Virus record (IMG/VR): IMGVR_UViG_3300046674_000395
Coordinates: 1-64,000 of that record
Origin: a virus
DNA: 64,000 nt
Strand: one strand, 5' to 3'
Under the pieces are notes generated by a model that saw only the letters and a list, made by a program, of their open reading frames with translations, was not told the DNA's origin and ran no database searches. The position numbers were made by a program, and so were the translations under genes. Shown here one piece after another: positions 59,449 through 64,000 of this stretch. Each line of letters opens with the position of its first letter. Position 1 is the first letter of the stretch.

Positions 59449-60167
59449 GCGGCTTCACCTCGGCGGCGGTCCGGGCCCTTGAACACGACGCGCTGGCACA
59501 TCTCGATGAGCCGGCTGGTGACGCGGTCGCCGAGGCGGTCGCTGATCTCCTTCGGTACCAGGTTGGAGGTGATCAGCGTCGGCAGGTGGTTCTCGTAGCG
59601 CCAGTTGATGAGCCGGAAGTTGATCTCTTCGGTGAACTCAGTGGGCTTGCGTTCGGCGCCGAGGTCGTCGAGGAGAAGGACGGAGGCGTTGCGGTAGCGG
59701 CGGAACTCGGCTTCGGAGTCGATGCCGTGGCGGGGGCGGAGCGCGGCGTACATGTCGGCCGCGGTGGTGACGACCCAGGTGGCGGCGACGCCGGTAATGG
59801 CGAGTTCACGGATGGCACCGTAGGCCTGGTGGGTCTTGCCGGTGCCGGTCGGACCGAGGAGCAGCAGGGAGCGTCCGCGGGTGACGGAGGCGACGGGGGC
59901 GCCGCGCTCGGCCTGGGTTTCGCGGCCTTCGGCAGTGAGCTCCTGGAGCCAGGTCTGGATCTCGGGGCTGTCGGTAATGGCGCTGCGGTAGTGGAACGGG
60001 ATGATCTTGTCGGCGGCGACGATGGAGTAGCGGGCGACGTTGGCGACGCTGTACGGGTCGGCGTCACCGGAGTTCAGCCAGTCGAGGCTGATGCCGCGGA
60101 CGGCAAGCAGCTGCTCGAGGTGGAAGCGCTTCGGGTTGATGGGCGGGATCCACTGCATGGTGATCAC
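59445..60167 (-). CDS. DnaC/IstB-like AAA+ helicase loader
   Basis: SLLLLGPTGTGKTHQAYG Walker A and VLLLDDLGAE Walker B. GTGA overlaps on both sides. Confidence 0.8.
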   Translation of the reverse strand: MITMQWIPPINPKRFHLEQLLAVRGISLDWLNSGDADPYSVANVARYSIVAADKIIPFHYRSAITDSPEIQTWLQELTAEGRETQAERGAPVASVTRGRSLLLLGPTGTGKTHQAYGAIRELAITGVAATWVVTTAADMYAALRPRHGIDSEAEFRRYRNASVLLLDDLGAERKPTEFTEEINFRLINWRYENHLPTLITSNLVPKEISDRLGDRVTSRLIEMCQRVVFKGPDRRRGEAA

Positions 60168-61066
60168 CAGTCCTGGTGGTAGTCGGAATCGTCTTCGGGA
60201 TTGCGGTGCGGGCCGTCGGAGCCGGCCGTCGGCGCGGAGTCGAGCGGGTCGTCATAGCTGCCGTTGTTCAGCCAGGTCGCGGAGTACGGCGTGTAGCGGT
60301 CGGCCTTGCCGCCGAGGTGCTGGGCGTAGGCCTTGGCCGCTTTGACGATCAGGTCCGGGTCGGCGCCTCGACCGAGAGCAGCCCGCCAAGCGGTCTTGGT
60401 CTTCTCCGGCTGCATGGGCCGCGGGTAGAGGAGCCAGAAGTCGCCGAACGCTTTCCAGGCGTAGTCGCGCTCTTCGTCTCCGGCCGCTGCTCGAGCCGAG
60501 TCGCGGGCGCCATAAGAGTCTTTTGGTTCAGCTCTTGGTTCAGTCTTTTGGTTTGGGTGACGTGGGCGTCGCCCCTCCTGCGACGTGGGCGTCACCCCAT
60601 CAGCGACGTCGGCGTCACCGGTGACGTCCACGTCACCCCTGACGTCCACGTCACCCGTCAAATCGGACGGTGCATCTTCTGAGCTGGGCTTCTTCTTGCC
60701 ACCGCGCCGACGGGATGACGCCAGCGCCACCCGTGACGTCCGCGTCACCTCATCCGAGCCGGCGCGCCCGCCCGGAACGACCCTCTCGAAGGCCAGGTCG
60801 TAGACCTCCGGGCGCTTCCCCTCGGGGAGGTGGGCGGCCTTGGACTGGTCGCCGAGGCGGATGAAGCCGAGCTCGCGGAGCTGCTTGAGGTCACGCTGGA
60901 CGGAGCGCTCGGCCTTGCAGGCGTAGGCGGCCAGCCGGGCGACCGACGGGTACGCCCCGCGGCCCTTCTTGTCGGCGTGACGGGCCAGCCCGCTGAGGGT
61001 GGCGACGAGCTGCGCGGGCATCGGCGGAGCCTTTTCGAGTGCCCAGTCCATGGCCTCAGTGCTCAC
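60164..61066 (-). CDS. Replication initiator (N-terminal winged-HTH, repeat-containing linker, C-terminal DnaD/O-like region)
   Basis: AYPSVARLAAYACKAERSVQRDLKQLRELGFI wHTH. Position upstream of the loader and helicase. Origin-type iterons lie inside the gene. Confidence 0.7.
   Translation of the reverse strand: MSTEAMDWALEKAPPMPAQLVATLSGLARHADKKGRGAYPSVARLAAYACKAERSVQRDLKQLRELGFIRLGDQSKAAHLPEGKRPEVYDLAFERVVPGGRAGSDEVTRTSRVALASSRRRGGKKKPSSEDAPSDLTGDVDVRGDVDVTGDADVADGVTPTSQEGRRPRHPNQKTEPRAEPKDSYGARDSARAAAGDEERDYAWKAFGDFWLLYPRPMQPEKTKTAWRAALGRGADPDLIVKAAKAYAQHLGGKADRYTPYSATWLNNGSYDDPLDSAPTAGSDGPHRNPEDDSDYHQDW
60519..60749. repeat. Candidate origin of replication inside the initiator gene: AT-rich tandem repeats plus six 15-bp iterons
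   Basis: TC(TT)TTGGTTCAG x3 at 60519-60554. GACGTSSRCGTCRCC at 60559, 60582, 60605, 60623, 60641 and 60735. Confidence 0.65.
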
Positions 61067-61174
61067 TCTGGATCTCTTCTCAAGGAGGGTTGTCTCTTGG
61101 GGTGTTCAGCTGTTTTGGACAGCCCTCATGGGGGCGACGTGGCTCGTGGGCCAATCACGCAAGTACGAGAATAC

Positions 61175-61233
61175 CGTTCGCATGCAGTGTTCGCGAGTAC
61201 TCTTCGCGCACGCGTAGCGGAACGCTGTTCGCG
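61175..61233. promoter_or_regulatory. Divergent promoter region with (T)GTTCGCG-type repeats
   Basis: CGTTCGC at 61175, TGTTCGCG at 61188, CTTCGCG at 61202 and TGTTCGCG at 61226, plus GAAC-GCT-GTTC. Confidence 0.4.
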
Positions 61234-61242
61234 CATGGCAAC

Positions 61243-61452
61243 ATGTGTTGCGTGACCACTGCCGAGGAGGAAATCCGAGCCGCCGCCCGCAAGCGCGAGC
61301 GGTCCAAAGCCGCGTTCGAGCGGGACGACACAGCCCTGCGCGAGCTCTTCGTGAAGTGGCGCGCCGACGGCGAAGGCCCCTCCGACATGGCCCGCTGGTC
61401 CGGCATGACGCGCGAGTGGGTCGCGAAGATCGCACCGGCGCCGAAGTCCTAG
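61243..61452 (+). CDS. Small HTH-like protein (paralog of 37944-38234); alternative GTG start at 61252
   Basis: ALRELFVKWRADGEGPSDMARWSGMTREWVAKIAP parallels ELKELVLAALREGVHRPTEVAKASGWTGAHVRKMAR. Confidence 0.5.
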   Translation: MCCVTTAEEEIRAAARKRERSKAAFERDDTALRELFVKWRADGEGPSDMARWSGMTREWVAKIAPAPKS

Positions 61453-61476
61453 CTGAGTCACGTCCCCTCCTCCTCC

Positions 61477-61496
61477 GGCCCCGCCTCAGCGGGGCC
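61477..61496. terminator. Bidirectional stem-loop at a convergent junction
   Basis: GGCCCCGC-CTCA-GCGGGGCC. Confidence 0.5.
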
Positions 61497-61511
61497 TTGG
61501 TCATGTCCGGG

Positions 61512-61694
61512 CTAGCGGCCCTTGGCTTCGAGCGCGTGGACGATGGCGGCGATCTGCCGCTCGAACTCGGCGCGTTCTTCGGCGTCGTTCGGGAAGAGGC
61601 GTTCGGCCATCTCCCAGTCGATGACGGCGGACAGTTCGCGGGCGGCGCGGTCGTGGGCCACGCGCCTGATCTCTGCTTTTCGCTGCGGGTTCAC
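61512..61694 (-). CDS. Small hypothetical protein (60 aa)
   Basis: GTGA overlap with the methyltransferase stop. Confidence 0.45.
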   Translation of the reverse strand: MNPQRKAEIRRVAHDRAARELSAVIDWEMAERLFPNDAEERAEFERQIAAIVHALEAKGR

Positions 61695-62638
61695 GTGATC
61701 GCCGCCTTGATCAGCGCGACTCCGAGCGGCACCGGGCAGGCGTTTCCAACCTGCTGCGCCACGTCCCCGCCGCTCCACGGCCAGTCCGCGGGGAACCCCT
61801 GCAGTCGGCCGGCTTCGGCGGCGGTGAGCCGCGGGAGCTCGTTGCCCGCTCCGTCGATGATCCGATTGCGGTTGATCTTCCCGGTGACGGTGAACGCCGG
61901 CTCCGAACTCGTCCTGCGCCCGCGGTTCTTCGGATCCCCGCCGGTCCCGTAGTTGGAGACGACGGTGAACGGTTGCGGCCGGTCGAGGGCCTCCCCCATC
62001 GACACCCACGGCAGCAGGGCCGGGTCCCCCTCGGACTGCGAGACGCCCTTCTTGTACGGGCGGTGCGTGGGCGCCGGGAGCTTGGCCTCGCCGACGAGCC
62101 GGGCGATCAGCACGGCCCGCTTCCGGGTCTGCGGCAGCCCGTACTGCTCGGCGGCCAGCACCCCCGTCGCGACGGAGTAGCCCTCCTCGCGGAGCACGTC
62201 GGCGTAGGCCTCCCACACGGGCAGTACCTGCTGGACCTGCTCCAGGACGATCGCGTTGTAGCTGGTCTCGTAGTCGGCGAGCGCCCACCGCAGCGGTTCG
62301 AGGACCAGTGCGGTGCGCGGGTCGGCGAACTCTCGCGGGTCGACGTGCTGTCGGCCGCCCATCCGCTTGACCGCGTCGATGATCCGCTCCAGTTCGGCGC
62401 GGCCTTCGCCGTTGCCGGCGACCGTGAACGTCTGGCAGGGCGGCCCGCCGGTGAGGATCAGGCTGGGGATGTCGGCGGGCCCGTACTTGGTGACGTCGCC
62501 GTGGATGGTGGCGAGTCCGGCGGCGACCCGGGTGGCGACGGCGTTGGCGTCCCACTCGATGCCGACCGTGCGGACGCCTGCCCGCTCGGCTGCGAGGCCG
62601 AGACCGCCGGGGCCGGCGAAGAGTTCGGTGCCGATCAT
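61691..62638 (-). CDS. DNA (cytosine-5)-methyltransferase
   Basis: Motif I ELFAGPGG, motif IV GGPPCQTF, motif VI-like VLEQV, motif VIII QTRKR, motif X GNACPVP. Confidence 0.85.
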   Translation of the reverse strand: MIGTELFAGPGGLGLAAERAGVRTVGIEWDANAVATRVAAGLATIHGDVTKYGPADIPSLILTGGPPCQTFTVAGNGEGRAELERIIDAVKRMGGRQHVDPREFADPRTALVLEPLRWALADYETSYNAIVLEQVQQVLPVWEAYADVLREEGYSVATGVLAAEQYGLPQTRKRAVLIARLVGEAKLPAPTHRPYKKGVSQSEGDPALLPWVSMGEALDRPQPFTVVSNYGTGGDPKNRGRRTSSEPAFTVTGKINRNRIIDGAGNELPRLTAAEAGRLQGFPADWPWSGGDVAQQVGNACPVPLGVALIKAAIT

Positions 62639-63051
62639 GCGGCCCTCCCGAAGATCGCTGTGTACTCGTCGCGCATCGGCTGGTCCTCGACGTGCTGCGG
62701 GTGTACGCACCGGGCGACGCCGCAGCCGGGCAGGACGAATCCGGCGGGCTCACGCTGATAGCGGATGCGGAACGCGATCCGGTAGGCGGACTGCCGGGGT
62801 CCTTCGCTGCCGACGCGGACGAAGATGGTGCTGGACGGCCAGATCAGGTGGCCGGCGGCGGTGGGGACGGCTCGCCGCCAGAACAGGTCTTCGTGCGAGC
62901 TGGAGCGGGTCGGTCCGGGCTTGTGTACGGGGAGTTCGAGTCGGGCTCGGATTCCAGCGATGCTGTCGGTGCGAACGTGGACCTGGCGGGCGATCGCCCG
63001 GTCGCTGTAGCCAGCGCGGAGGAGCTCGACGATCTGGGCGCGGGTGCTCAT
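62635..63051 (-). CDS. HTH-domain protein (138 aa)
   Basis: N-terminal MSTRAQIVELLRAGYSDRAIARQVHV HTH. The C-terminal part has CGVARCVHPQH. Confidence 0.55.
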   Translation of the reverse strand: MSTRAQIVELLRAGYSDRAIARQVHVRTDSIAGIRARLELPVHKPGPTRSSSHEDLFWRRAVPTAAGHLIWPSSTIFVRVGSEGPRQSAYRIAFRIRYQREPAGFVLPGCGVARCVHPQHVEDQPMRDEYTAIFGRAA

Positions 63052-63440
63052 GCCGCCTCCCGGTAGGAGTCGGGGTTGCGGTTCTTCTTGAGGACCCGGT
63101 AGACGGTGCGTTCGTCGCAGCCCGCCTGTTCGGCGATCTGCTTGGCGTTCATGCCGCCGCGGTCGTGGAGCCGCAGGATCGACTCGTGGATGACCTTGCG
63201 GTCGATGTGGTTGGATGCGGCTTTGCGTTGGCGCGGGACTTGGCCGGCCCACAGGCCGTGGCGGTTTCGCGTGCTGGTGGCGCCTTCGACGGCCTGCGCG
63301 AAGGCGGCGCACTTCCGCTGGACCGGGCAACGTCGGCAGACGGGGAGCGCCTTGTTGTAGCTGCCCTGGCCTTCGACGTGGAAGAGGTCGGGGTCGACCG
63401 TGGCGCAGGCGGCGTTCTCCATCCAGTCGTAGCGGCTCAT
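63048..63440 (-). CDS. WhiB-like (Wbl) iron-sulfur protein fused to a C-terminal HTH
   Basis: C-x22-C-x2-C-x5-C pattern (AACATVDPDLF...CRRCPVQRKC) plus MNAKQIAEQAGCDERTVYRVLKK. Confidence 0.8.
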   Translation of the reverse strand: MSRYDWMENAACATVDPDLFHVEGQGSYNKALPVCRRCPVQRKCAAFAQAVEGATSTRNRHGLWAGQVPRQRKAASNHIDRKVIHESILRLHDRGGMNAKQIAEQAGCDERTVYRVLKKNRNPDSYREAA

Positions 63441-63691
63441 CGCGTGCTCTCCTCTCGGGTCTGGTCGCTGCCGTAGGTCTGGGCCCACTCGGCGATTTCG
63501 ATGGCGTTGTTCCAGTGGTCAGCGGCGGCGTTCCAGATGCGCCGGGCCAGGTGGAGGACGGCGTAGGCGGCGAGGAGAAGGAGCCCGATGACGCTGGCGA
63601 ACAGCAGCCAGAAGGCGACGTCGAGGGTCCAGTCGTGGATGAGGAGCCAGCCGCCGATCGGGGCGAGGACGGCTTCGGCGATGGGGCTCAC
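63437..63691 (-). CDS. Two-TM membrane protein
   Basis: GTG at 63691 with a GGGAGG RBS. Sequence IGGWLLIHDWTLDVAFWLLFASVIGLLLLAAYAVL. Confidence 0.5.
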   Translation of the reverse strand: MSPIAEAVLAPIGGWLLIHDWTLDVAFWLLFASVIGLLLLAAYAVLHLARRIWNAAADHWNNAIEIAEWAQTYGSDQTREESTR

Positions 63692-63807
63692 GTCCGCCTC
63701 CCGGTCAGCTGCTCGACGACGACGGTCACGGCCGCGCACAGGCCGCCGACGACGGCACCCGCGGCGATCAGGGCCAGGTACGCCTGGGTGAAGGTGAGGC
63801 GGCGCAT
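63688..63807 (-). CDS. Micro-ORF encoding a single-TM peptide (39 aa)
   Basis: ATG at 63807 with a GGAGG RBS and a GTGA overlap downstream. Found by hand. Confidence 0.35.
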   Translation of the reverse strand: MRRLTFTQAYLALIAAGAVVGGLCAAVTVVVEQLTGRRT

Positions 63808-64000
63808 CAGGCGGCCTCCGCCCGGTCTGCGGCGGTGCGGCGCCGGTAGACGGCGATCGGGTGGCCCTTGGTGGCGGGTGCCGTGGACGGCACGTAGGTG
63901 CGGGTGTGGATCAGGTAGTTGTGGCTCATCCCGCGGAGCACGCCGGGCAGGACACCGCCAGCGACGTCGGGCAACTGGGCGCGCAGGTCGTTCGCCGAGA
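63807..64000 (-). CDS. 3' end of a gene that continues beyond the window
   Basis: An open high-GC3 frame ending TGA at 63807-63809 (...YLIHTRTYVPSTAPATKGHPIAVYRRRTAADRAEAA). Confidence 0.4.
   Translation of the reverse strand, partial: SANDLRAQLPDVAGGVLPGVLRGMSHNYLIHTRTYVPSTAPATKGHPIAVYRRRTAADRAEAA

Larger units (their letters stand above)
824..64000 (-). mobile_element. Temperate siphovirus-type genome (prophage or phage-plasmid), nearly all genes on the minus strand. The right end runs off the window; the left end is provisionally at the 783-822 hairpin.
   Basis: Complete packaging-head-tail-lysis gene order plus a DnaB/DnaC/initiator replication module and regulatory switches. No integrase or att site recognised. 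Confidence 0.8.

Noticed and set aside
60559-60749. Possible CRISPR array (also considered for 51462-51516)
   Set aside because: The repeats are only 10-15 bp with 3-13-bp spacers. They lie inside a coding region or a promoter region, and no cas genes are present. They are interpreted as origin iterons and operator repeats.
1-64000. tRNA, tmRNA or rRNA genes and in-frame TTA (bldA-dependent) codons
   Set aside because: A by-eye scan of the intergenic regions found no T-loop/cloverleaf candidates. The few TAA/TTA trinucleotides I checked (for example 16940, 28638, 59804) span codon boundaries or lie in non-coding DNA. This is not an exhaustive computation.

Overview
This is high-G+C (about 70%) Streptomyces-like actinobacterial DNA. 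Almost the whole window is one temperate siphovirus-type genome (prophage or phage-plasmid), transcribed almost entirely on the minus strand. All domain calls were made by eye from the translated ORFs and motifs; no searches were run. Starts were re-assigned wherever the ORF track's N-terminal extension is an out-of-frame shadow of the upstream gene. Many genes are coupled by ATGA, GTGA or TGATG overlaps.

Gene order, from high to low coordinates:
- 64.0-52.1 kb: early and replication module. It holds a WhiB-HTH fusion, an HTH protein, a C5 DNA methyltransferase, a replication initiator with origin iterons inside its own gene, a DnaC-like loader, DnaB, DUF4326, a DUF2493/SLOG protein, a LuxR-type HTH and many small ORFs.
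- 51.2-51.6 kb: a divergent switch region with a low-GC3 HTH gene and three TAGACCTCTA repeats.
- 48.5-50.9 kb: a plus-strand cargo islet that includes a solo IS200/IS605-type TnpB.
- 39.8-48.4 kb: a Streptomyces plasmid/AICE-like transfer module. It has a GntR (KorSA-like) regulator with palindromic operators, an F420/PPOX-family enzyme, an excisionase-type HTH, a DUF2637 Spd-like protein, an FtsK/TraB-like translocase and a clt-like cluster of 8-mers.
- 37.9-39.7 kb: a second divergent junction with lipoprotein and membrane-protein genes.
- 27.1-34.9 kb: a candidate late promoter, HTH gene and hairpin, followed by a fibre/tailspike module fused to a sugar-modification trio (GT-A-like, SAM methyltransferase, NAD epimerase).
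- 24.0-25.6 kb: an HNH endonuclease and a 567-bp non-coding AT-rich repeat region that is the likely cos/packaging region.
- 23.4-24.0 kb: a PrimPol-like gene.
- 23.3-0.8 kb: a complete late operon. It runs terS, terL, portal, MuF, scaffold, HK97-type capsid, a capsid-coupled GT-B glycosyltransferase, connectors with an antisense DUF4429 moron, major tail, G/GT chaperones with a -1 frameshift, a tape measure with NlpC/P60, minor tails, an amidase endolysin and holin-like proteins.

I found no integrase, tRNA, rRNA or CRISPR array.

The most unusual feature is the conjugative-plasmid-type DNA-translocation module sitting co-directionally inside a phage genome. The next most unusual are the two separate glycosylation loci attached to virion genes.
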